NCBI GenBank assembly: GCA_964619725.1
Contig: CAZUFC010000059.1
Location: 21,038-50,774 of the forward strand
DNA length: 29,737 nucleotides
Direction: 5' to 3'
DNA from: an uncultured bacterium
Lineage (GTDB): Bacteria > CSSED10-310 > CAZUFC01
The position numbers and the translations under genes are program-made. The notes under the pieces were generated by a model. It had not been told where the DNA came from. It worked only from the letters and a program-made list of their open reading frames with translations, and did no database searches. This document shows, piece by piece, positions 18,782-28,412 of this stretch. How positions within the stretch are numbered: position 1 is the stretch's first letter; every line of letters begins with the position of its first letter.

Positions 18782-19474
18782 TTACACCTTTTCTATTCGC
18801 TGTATAAATTCAAAAATCATTTGTCGGCAAGGGCGCGGGTCCGGCATCGCATGATGAGGAGGAAGAGCTGACAGTAGCGTCAGATTGGTCAGAATCTGCT
18901 GCCGGAGCTCTGGATCGAGTTTTCCATACGACATAAGAAACTCGGTTTTCTCCTGTTCGTTGATGATAAGCAGGAGCGCAAGGGCAACCAGCAGGTCTCT
19001 TTCTCCTTTGATGCCTGAACGTTCCGTAAGGAGTTTTTCCAGAAGCAGTCCAGCCTTTTTCGGCATAGGTACGTTTATGCCGGCTATATTTATGACCTGC
19101 CCCGGCTCTATTAAAGATAAATTGCCCAGGACCATCATCGGCAGCCGGGAATCCTCCAGAACATAACTTTCCGAAATATCCGTCAATCTTCGGTCAATGC
19201 CGACTATATTGACTTCAAGCTGAGGACCCAGCGGCGTCAAAACGGATGGTTCATCTTCAGATATTTTAAAGGTTTGAAGTCCGGTGATTTTTTCTTTCAA
19301 TCCATTGTGCGCCTTAACATCTACCCCCAGATCGATATCCTTCGAAACGATAACAGGTGATTTTTCGTAGAAACTAAAAAGATTCGGCGCTTCCGATCCG
19401 ATGACTATAACCCCGTCAATAAATAAATCAGAAATATCTTTGATAGTCATTAAAAGTCTTTCAGCAAATTCCAT
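18782..19474 (-). CDS. Nucleotidyltransferase-fold protein (AbiEii/GSU2403-like)
   Basis: Pol-beta superfamily signature VIVIGS...SKDIDLGV and C-terminal P....LLEKL..R...K..RDL motif. Confidence 0.75.
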   Translation of the reverse strand: MEFAERLLMTIKDISDLFIDGVIVIGSEAPNLFSFYEKSPVIVSKDIDLGVDVKAHNGLKEKITGLQTFKISEDEPSVLTPLGPQLEVNIVGIDRRLTDISESYVLEDSRLPMMVLGNLSLIEPGQVINIAGINVPMPKKAGLLLEKLLTERSGIKGERDLLVALALLLIINEQEKTEFLMSYGKLDPELRQQILTNLTLLSALPPHHAMPDPRPCRQMIFEFIQRIEKV

Positions 19475-19617
19475 TTTTCCCTGAATTTTTCAGCCGAATG
19501 ACGGGTATCGCCGTCTCATCGGCTTAAAACGTTAGAAAATTACCGGTAAAACGATAAAAACGCCGAATCTTTCCCCGATTTCTTAACAATACCCCGTGTT
19601 TCTGATTAACAAACTCT

Positions 19618-20145
19618 ATGCAAATGCTTTTCAGGTCCTGCTCAAATCCGGCGAATCTTTACATCAATTCCAGAATAGTCGAACCGCCGCAAAAGTCAAA
19701 TACAAGTAGCATTGAACACCTCCAAAAGAGTACAAAAAACAGGAATTCAAACCTGGTTGAAACCGACTACAAATGCTATTATCAGCTTAAAACCAGTCAC
19801 AGATCTGAAGGAGTTTGTCATGAATTGGAATACGAAAACGTTACGGATAGAAAGATCATAGCGATAGAATTGGGACTGGTATCATTTGACGTATGGGATG
19901 ACTTCCTCCATTTCATGCACGGGTTGGATATGGAAAAACTTTCCCCTGGAAACGATGAGGACGGATTTTGGAAAGGCTATGACAAAAAAAGTTACTCTTT
20001 GAAACTGGGTATGGCTTTTGTTAATAGAGTTAGATTTGAAGACGGAGAAATCTGGCATGCTGACGCTGAAAAAATCCTTCAAGAGTTACAAAAGGTAGAT
20101 TCAAGCATTGACATTGACGACATCAAGAAGAAACGCGATAAGTAA
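19618..20145 (+). CDS. Hypothetical protein, start uncertain, possibly a 5'-degraded remnant
   Basis: C-terminal ~110 aa looks protein-like (YENVTDRKIIAIELGLVSFDVW...AFVNRVRFEDGEIWHAD); N-terminal ~55 aa looks low-quality and has no RBS; AT-rich. Confidence 0.45.
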   Translation: MQMLFRSCSNPANLYINSRIVEPPQKSNTSSIEHLQKSTKNRNSNLVETDYKCYYQLKTSHRSEGVCHELEYENVTDRKIIAIELGLVSFDVWDDFLHFMHGLDMEKLSPGNDEDGFWKGYDKKSYSLKLGMAFVNRVRFEDGEIWHADAEKILQELQKVDSSIDIDDIKKKRDK

Positions 20146-20189
20146 TAAATATAAAGAAAGAAAAAATATCGAAATAAATTGATTATACC

Positions 20190-23100
20190 CTATTCCTGTT
20201 CAGCATCCTCCGCAAGGGAAACCAATCCCGAAGAATCCTCGTCTTCATCCTCCAGGAACCGGACCAGGCCGCCCCAACGTTTATCGAGTTTAAAATTACG
20301 TTTGAGGTAAAATTCGGGTATAAAGTAGAACGTTTTAACGATTTTAATGCCCTGGTTGTGCATGCGGGCGCAGAAATCTTCCAGCAGGGCGCTTCCGATG
20401 CCCCGGCTGCTGAGGGTATTTTCCACTACTACGCCGTCGAGGTGCGCGGACACTTCATCATCCAGAATTTTATAAGAGATTCCGCCGATAATGCGTTCCA
20501 GCGAATCGACGGCTACGAAGAAGCGGTCCTGCTGAGAGATTGTTTTGGGGTAATGCTGTTCCAGAAACATTCTGTAAAGGCGGCCGATTTCGGAGGCTCT
20601 TGTCGGTTCGTAGACGTAGTATTCCCGTCCTTCTTTATCGGTAATCTGTGTTCTGACGATCACGTGTCTGGTTTCTGCTTCGCCGACGGCCAGGGCTTCA
20701 GCATGCCGAATCCTGGCGGTTCTGGGGAATATCATTTTACTGAAGACGTCCCGGTCCTTCTGATTCGTCAAAAGCGCCTGAAGATCGGACAACTCCGTCA
20801 TAACGGTAGGCGGAGTATCCGGCGAATGGTGCATTTTACGCAGAAGCCGGCTGAAAGCCTGGGTAACGTTTGAACCGGCATGATCGAAATAGGTATGGCG
20901 GAACAGGGCGAACCGGGCGGTGGCGGGATGCCTGTCTATGCGATACAAACGATAAAGCTCATCGACCAGGTTGGCCCTGGCTTCATGCGTCGCTTCCGGG
21001 TTCGCTTTTTCCCACATCTTGAAGCGGTCTATCGCGCTGGTTAGGGCCAAAGGAGCGAAATACATGGTTTTAATTTTTTCCAAATAGTCATCGAGTCTGG
21101 CGGACAATTCACCGTCATTCATCGCGATGTTTTCTCGTTTCAGGTCCTCCTGTAGTTTGCTAAAAAACGCCGGCGCGGCATCGCTTCCCAGACTTTCCAT
21201 AGCGGCATCGAATATCCAGGAAGACTCCAGCAATGCTTCAGTCCAGGGATAAAACGCCGCTGTTTTCCGATAGAAATTTTTGACGAGCGGTTTCACCAGG
21301 TCCAGGGTATTTCGGTATTCTGTCCAGCCCAGGACCGACAGTATCCGTGACCCGATTCTGAAATCAGGTTCGGGCACCACGGTATTCATAGGGTCCACGC
21401 TGCCGGGAATTATCTTGAATTCGCTGCTTTTCAGCCCCGAATAATAAGCTGAAATTGCACGTGTGAATAGTTTCTGCAGGAATCTTTTGCGTTGAGTCGC
21501 CGCAGGCGTTGAACGTATCCCGTCGTATTCCCGCAACCTTTCCCAAACGGTCAAGCCTTTGATGTAAGCGAGAGACATCGCTCCCATTTCTGGACGAAAA
21601 CTTCCCAGTCGCGGCAAAGGAGAGTCCCCATGCGGATAACCGGCCACCGCCAGGAACCAGTAATTATCCTCCATTATCATCTCTTTTATCCCCTTTTCCT
21701 GCATGGAAATCAGAAGATTGAAATGCCTGCCCGATTCCGTCCTTATGCTCGCCAGATACTTGTTGATTTCCCGACCGGATTGAAGGCGCGTTATCCATAT
21801 TCCCCCTTCTTTAACATCGTTCAAATCAAAAATTTCTTCATTAAAGGCCAGCATGAGCGATTTATGCAGAAAAGTCGTACCGGCAACCAGTTTTTTCAAT
21901 TTTTCAACCTCATATCCTGATATCGATTCATCGAATACTATCCGTTTCATCCATTCTGCAGCGGAGTATCCGGATATTTTTCTTTCGATCCTGGCATCGA
22001 ACCATTCTCCCAGACCCATGAGCGTTTGATGAGCCGTTTCCGCTAACTCCTTATCCTCCTGGTGAAGCGCCCAGGCGGCCAGTTCCGCTCTCACGGAAGA
22101 ATAATATGAAATGTTGTTCTGTACGAATTGAGTCAGCAAAACGAATATATGTTTGAATTGTTTCCTTACTGTCGGATCGGCAGGCCACTGCAACTGAGTT
22201 CTGTAAGAATGCAGCCGTTTTCGCAGGGCATCGAGTCTTCTTTTTTCAATGTTTTTTTCAGCCAGTATCTGGATTGATTCTTCATTCAGAAATGATAAAC
22301 CCGAATAAACGAATTCCGGGAAAACCTTGCCGTAGTCCGGCGTCGGGTCTTCAACGAGAATTATTCGATAGGCGAGACTTCTGATTTCTTCGGAAGGGTG
22401 GTGCGACAAAGCGCCTAACCGGCTGGTGATGAGTCTGCCCGTCCTGTCGTCGGCTTCCTTCAGCAGAGACTCCATCTCCTGAACAGCCGCCCTGGAATTA
22501 TCCGGACTCCCGAACAGCGCTTTAACGGAAAGGTCATTGATTTTAACTAATCTCTGATCTCTAATTTGACTTAACGGAAACTCCACGGGAACCGATGTTT
22601 CCATTTTTGCCCGGAACGGCAGGAATATCTGCTCAGAAACGGGGCCGAACGGAACATACCAGCCTTCTTTGCAGGGAGAGAATAAAATAAGCGAAGGATT
22701 GCCCGTCCAAAGTCCGGGTTTGCGGGAAAACAAGCCCATATCGACGATATCCTCTTTGATGCGGTATTCAAGGTCGCCGATAAGGATATTGCCGTTTTTC
22801 ATTTTTTCAAGCTTCAGGGTTAACTCTCTGTTTTTATCATACAAGGCATTATCCTGAAAAATAATGTCAGATTCAAGAATGCCCAGATCGCGGAAGAACC
22901 AACGGGGAATTCTGACGGTAAGGCGGCCTTTTTTCAGTTCAACGAACGCTTTTTCATACAGCCGCTCAATCACTTCTTTAAAGTTTTTTTCAATAACCTT
23001 CCGTTTGAAGGAACCCTTTGGCGTCAATTCACCGTGTTCCGCATCAAAATCACGGTCCAGCACTGCAATATTGACGACTCTTTCATAAGGCGCCAGCTCC

Positions 23101-24872
23101 TGGTTGGCTGCTGATGCAATGCGTTGATAATAGGAGAGTCGGTCTTCTTCCCGTTGCATGGATTCCGTTTTCATTAGGGGTTCTTCAGGATCGGGCGTTA
23201 TAAGCAGCACATTGTAATCCCTGCCGTCTCCCACCAGGAAGGTTTGCTTTATACCCGGCACATCGACGAATTTCTGTTCGACACGCCTGGGAGCCACTGT
23301 TTGTCCGCGATTATTTTTATATATATCTTTTATTCTGTCGACGATTTCATAGTGCCCGTCCTCACGCTTTCGAAACAGATCGCCGGTAGGCAGCCAGTAA
23401 TCATCGTCAAACGGGGGAATCCTCCACGAAGGTTCCTGATGATCGTCGAACGTATCCAGGTAACGGGCGATATAAGGACCGGAAATGAGCAGCTCTCCTT
23501 TTTCAGTAGACCGCAAATAAGCGCCGGGCAGCGCTTTACCCACGGAATTGTCCTGGTATTCTCCCGGAGGCGTCATAGTCAATCCGCCGGTAGCCTCAGT
23601 CATGCCGAAGCCGCTGCATAACGCCGTACCGTTCCGGTGAAAAAAATGAAATACGCCGGGGTCCAGGTATCCTGCAGCGGACAATCCCCATCTCAACCGC
23701 CCGCCCGTCAACTCGTCGAATATCTTTTTTTGCAACTCCAAAGATGCCGTTTGTCCCCCCTTTTCAATGCACTCATCACGCAATTGAATCCAACGAAGAG
23801 GTATCCCGATCAGACCCGTAGGACGCGCTTCCGGAAGACAGCGTAACAAAGCCTCGAAAGAAGGATTGCCTGAAAAGACATAAGTTCCGCCCCAGTAGAT
23901 CATTCCCAGCATCTCCAGAAAACGTCCGAACGTATGATAAAGCGGCAGATAACACAACAGAGTTTCATCACGTCCTACTCCAGGAAGCGCCGCAGCCCTG
24001 GCGAACCGCTTGGTCACCATGTTGAATTGCGAAAAACATACTCCCTTCGGCTTTCCCGTGCTCCCGGAAGTAAACAGTGCCGATGCGACTTCATCTACCG
24101 GCTTTCTGCGGCGGGACGACAACAAAGATTCAATATCAGCGGCAGAAAGCAGGGAACAAGCCTCTCCCAGATAATAATCCTCATCACGAAGCTCATCGTT
24201 GTCCTTATCCGTGACAAATATCTGAAAAGGCGTTTCAACTCTTGAAGAAACCTTCATCAAACGACGCAGGCGGTCCCGGGAATCGGTCACAGCGATATTT
24301 ATTCCAAGCTTGTTAAATATATGCGTCAAAGTCTCCTCATCAAAATGAACATTCAAGGGAACCGTAAGTATGTCATAAAACAGGCATCCCAGATCAGCAC
24401 AAGCCCCATCCGCACAGTTTTCAAGAAATATAACGACACGGGGTTCTTTTCTGCTCTTATAAAAAGCCGCCGCTATCCGCCGCGTATAACGATCGACATC
24501 GGCATAATTCCATTGGCGCTGAAACGAATTCACCGACTCCTCAAACAATACCCTTTCAGGCGACTCTTCCGCACGCTGTCGGAATAAATCCAGCAAATTA
24601 TAATCAGAATGAAAAACAGCCTTGAATACCGTCTCAGCCCAACGCTCCCGCAACTCATATTCCCCCAGACTAAGCAAAAACCGCGGCCGCCCGGTATAAT
24701 TCAAATACTCATGCCAGACCGAAGACTCGACTTTTTCACCAACGCCACGCTCCCACATATCCTCAGCAAGCGATAAAACCTGTAAAGCCTCCGCCGGCAA
24801 TAGTTCTTCAGAATGAATATCCTCTTTAAAAGCCCGTAACTTTTCAATCAATCTCACCGCCATAGCCCCCAT
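20190..24872 (-). CDS. Multidomain protein: long-chain acyl-CoA-synthetase-like adenylation domain, large central region, C-terminal GNAT acyltransferase
   Basis: AMP-binding motifs FTSGSTGKPKG, YLPLYH, GFGMTE, TGD, VDRIKD, ELTPKGSFKR; GNAT motif A SRGIGSALL and FYLKRNF at the C-terminus. Confidence 0.9.
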   Translation of the reverse strand: MGAMAVRLIEKLRAFKEDIHSEELLPAEALQVLSLAEDMWERGVGEKVESSVWHEYLNYTGRPRFLLSLGEYELRERWAETVFKAVFHSDYNLLDLFRQRAEESPERVLFEESVNSFQRQWNYADVDRYTRRIAAAFYKSRKEPRVVIFLENCADGACADLGCLFYDILTVPLNVHFDEETLTHIFNKLGINIAVTDSRDRLRRLMKVSSRVETPFQIFVTDKDNDELRDEDYYLGEACSLLSAADIESLLSSRRRKPVDEVASALFTSGSTGKPKGVCFSQFNMVTKRFARAAALPGVGRDETLLCYLPLYHTFGRFLEMLGMIYWGGTYVFSGNPSFEALLRCLPEARPTGLIGIPLRWIQLRDECIEKGGQTASLELQKKIFDELTGGRLRWGLSAAGYLDPGVFHFFHRNGTALCSGFGMTEATGGLTMTPPGEYQDNSVGKALPGAYLRSTEKGELLISGPYIARYLDTFDDHQEPSWRIPPFDDDYWLPTGDLFRKREDGHYEIVDRIKDIYKNNRGQTVAPRRVEQKFVDVPGIKQTFLVGDGRDYNVLLITPDPEEPLMKTESMQREEDRLSYYQRIASAANQELAPYERVVNIAVLDRDFDAEHGELTPKGSFKRKVIEKNFKEVIERLYEKAFVELKKGRLTVRIPRWFFRDLGILESDIIFQDNALYDKNRELTLKLEKMKNGNILIGDLEYRIKEDIVDMGLFSRKPGLWTGNPSLILFSPCKEGWYVPFGPVSEQIFLPFRAKMETSVPVEFPLSQIRDQRLVKINDLSVKALFGSPDNSRAAVQEMESLLKEADDRTGRLITSRLGALSHHPSEEIRSLAYRIILVEDPTPDYGKVFPEFVYSGLSFLNEESIQILAEKNIEKRRLDALRKRLHSYRTQLQWPADPTVRKQFKHIFVLLTQFVQNNISYYSSVRAELAAWALHQEDKELAETAHQTLMGLGEWFDARIERKISGYSAAEWMKRIVFDESISGYEVEKLKKLVAGTTFLHKSLMLAFNEEIFDLNDVKEGGIWITRLQSGREINKYLASIRTESGRHFNLLISMQEKGIKEMIMEDNYWFLAVAGYPHGDSPLPRLGSFRPEMGAMSLAYIKGLTVWERLREYDGIRSTPAATQRKRFLQKLFTRAISAYYSGLKSSEFKIIPGSVDPMNTVVPEPDFRIGSRILSVLGWTEYRNTLDLVKPLVKNFYRKTAAFYPWTEALLESSWIFDAAMESLGSDAAPAFFSKLQEDLKRENIAMNDGELSARLDDYLEKIKTMYFAPLALTSAIDRFKMWEKANPEATHEARANLVDELYRLYRIDRHPATARFALFRHTYFDHAGSNVTQAFSRLLRKMHHSPDTPPTVMTELSDLQALLTNQKDRDVFSKMIFPRTARIRHAEALAVGEAETRHVIVRTQITDKEGREYYVYEPTRASEIGRLYRMFLEQHYPKTISQQDRFFVAVDSLERIIGGISYKILDDEVSAHLDGVVVENTLSSRGIGSALLEDFCARMHNQGIKIVKTFYFIPEFYLKRNFKLDKRWGGLVRFLEDEDEDSSGLVSLAEDAEQE

Positions 24873-25102
24873 GAGTTACAACTTCCTTTCCGCGTTACAA
24901 AAAATTTACCTTCACCCGCCTTTCAGAATATCAAAAACAATAAACCGGCAAAAGCTGAACGGATGCAAGGAAAGTCAATTCGTGATAAAACGCTTCTCGC
25001 TCGAAGAAAGAATATAATGAAATCTTGCCCATTTATACCAAAGAATGATAAAAAACTTTCAGAACATGCGTCCGGCCCGGCGCGAAAGAAGAAGGAGTCG
25101 TC

Positions 25103-26164
25103 ATGAGCAAGATAAGTCTTTTTACCTGGTTTCCTCCATTGAAGAAAAAACTGCCTCACATATCGATCATAGAGGCGCCGACGCCTTTGGAAAAGCTGAC
25201 GCGGCTGGGTGAAAGCCTGGGGCACGACCAATTATGGGTCAAACGCGATGATGCCACGGTTAAACCTTACGGCGGCAATAAACCGAGGAAACTGGAATTT
25301 TTACTCGGCGATGCGAAACAGAGACGCGCTTCAGCCGTAGCCACGACAGGCGGCATAGGTTCCAATCACAGCCTGGCGACGACCATTTACGCCGGCAAGC
25401 TGGGTTTTCCCGTGCACCTCATACTCGTTCCCCAACCTGTGACGCCGCATGTCAGAATGAGTCTCCGGCTGTTCATTCATTTCGGCGCCCATTTGCATCT
25501 TTGTCCGGAATATGAGGAGGTAATGCAGCAGGTTGAGCGATTGCAGCGGAACATCGAAGGTCTATATTTCATACCGGCAGGCGGATCGAATGCACTGGGC
25601 GCGCTGGGATTCGTCAATGCCGCTTTGGAACTGGCCGACCAGACAACGCAACGGATAATGCCGGAACCGCAGGCCCTCTTCGTTCCTGCAGGCACCTGCG
25701 GCACGCTCGCCGGGTTAGCCCTGGGATTCAAAATCGCTCGTTTGAATACGAAAATATACGGCGTCAGGGTCGTCGACACATCCGTCACCAATGCCGATAC
25801 CGTCCTGGAATTAATGGACGGTTCGTGTAAAATTCTTCGAGACCTGACCCAGGATATTCCCAGGGTTAAAATAAATCAAAGCAATTTTGAAATACTCGAA
25901 GGTTACTTCGGGGAAACGTACGGTCAGGTCACCCCTGAAGGCATAGAGGCCAAAGAAATAATGAGAAAAACCGAAGATATCCCCCTGGAAACCACTTACA
26001 CCGCTAAAACGGTCGCTGCAATGAAAGACTATATTGACGAGTCGCTTCAGAAAAGACCGCTTTTATATTGGAACACCTTTGCCGGACCTGTACTGGAAAA
26101 GGAAGCGAAAACGGTCGGAATGGACCGCATACCCGAAGATTTTAAACAATTTTTCAAGGATTAA
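25103..26164 (+). CDS. PLP-dependent D-cysteine desulfhydrase/ACC deaminase family enzyme
   Basis: PTPLEKL, WVKRDD, PLP Lys motif GGNKPRKLE, GGIGSNH, IPAGGSNALG.LGFV.AALEL, GTCGT.AGL, LETTYTAK; AAGGAG RBS. Confidence 0.9.
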   Translation: MSKISLFTWFPPLKKKLPHISIIEAPTPLEKLTRLGESLGHDQLWVKRDDATVKPYGGNKPRKLEFLLGDAKQRRASAVATTGGIGSNHSLATTIYAGKLGFPVHLILVPQPVTPHVRMSLRLFIHFGAHLHLCPEYEEVMQQVERLQRNIEGLYFIPAGGSNALGALGFVNAALELADQTTQRIMPEPQALFVPAGTCGTLAGLALGFKIARLNTKIYGVRVVDTSVTNADTVLELMDGSCKILRDLTQDIPRVKINQSNFEILEGYFGETYGQVTPEGIEAKEIMRKTEDIPLETTYTAKTVAAMKDYIDESLQKRPLLYWNTFAGPVLEKEAKTVGMDRIPEDFKQFFKD

Positions 26165-26185
26165 TACTCAAAAAGAAGGACAAAA

Positions 26186-28408
26186 ATGAAACCGGTATAT
26201 CTCGACTATAACGCCACCACTCCCATAGACAAAGAAGTCGCTGAAGCCATGCAACCTTACCTGACCGAACATTTCGGGAATCCTTCCAGTTCCCACTGGT
26301 TCGGCATACAGACGAAAAAGGCGGTGGAAAAAGCCAGGGCTCAATCAGCCGAACTTTTAGGATGCGACATTGATGAAGTAATATTTACCAGCGGGGGAAG
26401 CGAATCGAACAATTACGCGATTAAAGGCGCTGCCATGGCTTATCGGAATCGAGGCGATCACGTCATTACGACAGCCGTGGAGCATCCGGCAGTGCTGGAA
26501 GTATGCCGGTATCTGGAGATGAACGGTTTTCGCATTTCAGTCGCTCCGGTAGACCGGCACGGTATGGTCAGCGTCCAGGAAATCGAAAAGCTCATAACCC
26601 CGCAGACAATACTGATAACGGTCATGCACGCCAACAATGAAGTAGGAACCATACAACCGGTCCGTGAGATTGCGGAAACCGCGAAAAAAAATGGAATACT
26701 CATGCACACGGATGCGGCTCAATCCGTGGGAAAAATTCCCGTAAACGTAAACGAGCTGGGAGTCGACCTGCTCTCGGCAGCCGGACACAAGTTTTATGCG
26801 CCCAAAGGCATCGGCGCTTTGTTTATCCGGCGAGGAACCGAACTGGAAAAACTGGTTCATGGTGCAGACCATGAGCAGAACAGGCGAGCCGGCACGGAAA
26901 ACGTCCTGGAGATCGTGGGAATAGGAAAAGCGGCTGAAATAGCGAAACGTGATTTAAACAAAAACAGTGAACATATGAAACGCATGCGGGACAGGCTGCA
27001 TGAAGGATTAAAAGAAAACTGCCGGAACATAGCCTTGAACGGTCATCCGGAAAAACGCCTTCCCAATACTTTAAGCATTGGTTTCAGAGGTATAGAAGCG
27101 AATACGCTGTTGTCCGAGCTGGAAGACGTCGCCGCATCGGCCGGCGCCGCCTGTCACGCTGACCAGGTTGATGTCTCATCGGTCCTGGAAGCAATGAAAA
27201 CCCCGGTAGAATACGCCATGGGAACCGTGCGTTTTTCAACGGGAAAGCTGACGACTGCCGATGAAGTAGACCGGGCAGTAAACAGGATATCAGAAGCGGT
27301 AAAACGCTTAAGTCCCCGGGAAACAGAAGATGAACCCGTTGTATTAACCGGAACGGGAGATGACGTTAAACTGACGCATTTTACTCACGGGCTGGGTTGC
27401 GCCTGTAAAATTCAACCTCAGTCGCTGGAAAAAATACTGGAAAAACTGCCGGTACCGACCGATCCCTCAATCCTGGTCGGTGCAGAAACCTCAGACGATG
27501 CAGCAGTTTACAGACTCTCTGATAACCTGGCTGCCATATTGACGCTGGATTTTTTTACTCCCATAGTAGATTCGCCCTACTATTTCGGCGCCATAGCTGC
27601 CGCCAACGCTCTAAGCGACATATACGCCATGGGCGGAAAGCCGGTTATGGCCCTGAATATAGTAGGATTCCCGGCCGCCAGATTACCCCTGACCATCCTG
27701 GAAACCATCCTGAAAGGAGCCTCCGACAAAGCTGAAGAAGCCGGCATAAGCATCCTGGGCGGACATACCGTGGACGATACGGAACCCAAATACGGCATGG
27801 CCGTTATGGGCATCTTATCTCCGGACGCTATTATAACCAATCGCAATGCTCAACCCGGAGATGCCCTCATACTGACAAAACCCCTCGGAACAGGAATAAT
27901 CACCACGGCCGGCAAACGCGGCCTGGCCGATGAACGAACCATGAATGAAGCCATTGAAATAATGAGCGCCCTCAACCATAAAGCCGCACAGACAATGATG
28001 AATTATCCGGTCAATGCCTGCACGGATATTACAGGCTTTGGACTGATGGGTCACCTCAAGGAAATGACACAGGGCAGCCGGACTGATGCCGTAATTTACG
28101 CCGAAAAAACTCCCATTATACCGAAAGCAAGAGACTTCGCCGCCGCCAATGTTGTGCCGGGCGGTTCCCTGAGTAACGTTCAGTATGTTTCAACAATCGT
28201 CGATTGGGATAAATCAGTTTCACAACTGGATAAAATATTGCTGTGTGATGCTCAAACTTCCGGGGGCCTGCTGATCTCATTGCCGGCGCAATATGAAGAA
28301 AGCTTCTTACAGGAATTGAAAAAACAGGGAATAAAAAACGCCGCAGGCATAGGATACATCCTCCAGAACGGATCAGGAAAAATAAACGTTAAATCGATGA
28401 AGGAGTAA
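26186..28408 (+). CDS. selD: Fusion of NifS/IscS-type cysteine desulfurase (selenocysteine lyase-like) and selenide, water dikinase
   Basis: N-half: YLDYNATTP, GNPSS, FTSGGSE, EHPAV, HTDAAQ, GHKFYAPKG, RAGTEN, SAGAACH. C-half: GCACK, DDAAVY, DFFTPIVD, ANALSDIYAMGG, GGHT, TDITGFGL.GH, DAQTSGGLL. Confidence 0.95.
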   Translation: MKPVYLDYNATTPIDKEVAEAMQPYLTEHFGNPSSSHWFGIQTKKAVEKARAQSAELLGCDIDEVIFTSGGSESNNYAIKGAAMAYRNRGDHVITTAVEHPAVLEVCRYLEMNGFRISVAPVDRHGMVSVQEIEKLITPQTILITVMHANNEVGTIQPVREIAETAKKNGILMHTDAAQSVGKIPVNVNELGVDLLSAAGHKFYAPKGIGALFIRRGTELEKLVHGADHEQNRRAGTENVLEIVGIGKAAEIAKRDLNKNSEHMKRMRDRLHEGLKENCRNIALNGHPEKRLPNTLSIGFRGIEANTLLSELEDVAASAGAACHADQVDVSSVLEAMKTPVEYAMGTVRFSTGKLTTADEVDRAVNRISEAVKRLSPRETEDEPVVLTGTGDDVKLTHFTHGLGCACKIQPQSLEKILEKLPVPTDPSILVGAETSDDAAVYRLSDNLAAILTLDFFTPIVDSPYYFGAIAAANALSDIYAMGGKPVMALNIVGFPAARLPLTILETILKGASDKAEEAGISILGGHTVDDTEPKYGMAVMGILSPDAIITNRNAQPGDALILTKPLGTGIITTAGKRGLADERTMNEAIEIMSALNHKAAQTMMNYPVNACTDITGFGLMGHLKEMTQGSRTDAVIYAEKTPIIPKARDFAAANVVPGGSLSNVQYVSTIVDWDKSVSQLDKILLCDAQTSGGLLISLPAQYEESFLQELKKQGIKNAAGIGYILQNGSGKINVKSMKE

Positions 28409-28412
28409 TCAG

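Noticed and set aside
20190-24872. NRPS module
   Set aside because: No phosphopantetheine-attachment (GxxS) carrier or HHxxxDG condensation motif recognised; adenylation domain is of long-chain acyl-CoA synthetase type.
25103-26164. True ACC deaminase (acdS)
   Set aside because: Has YTAK rather than the YEGK Glu typical of ACC deaminases; also diverges from classic DcyD (YWNT instead of HTGG), so no gene symbol given.
27398-27400. Selenocysteine (UGA) in SelD
   Set aside because: The active-site codon is TGC (Cys); no in-frame TGA read-through candidate was seen in neighbouring genes.
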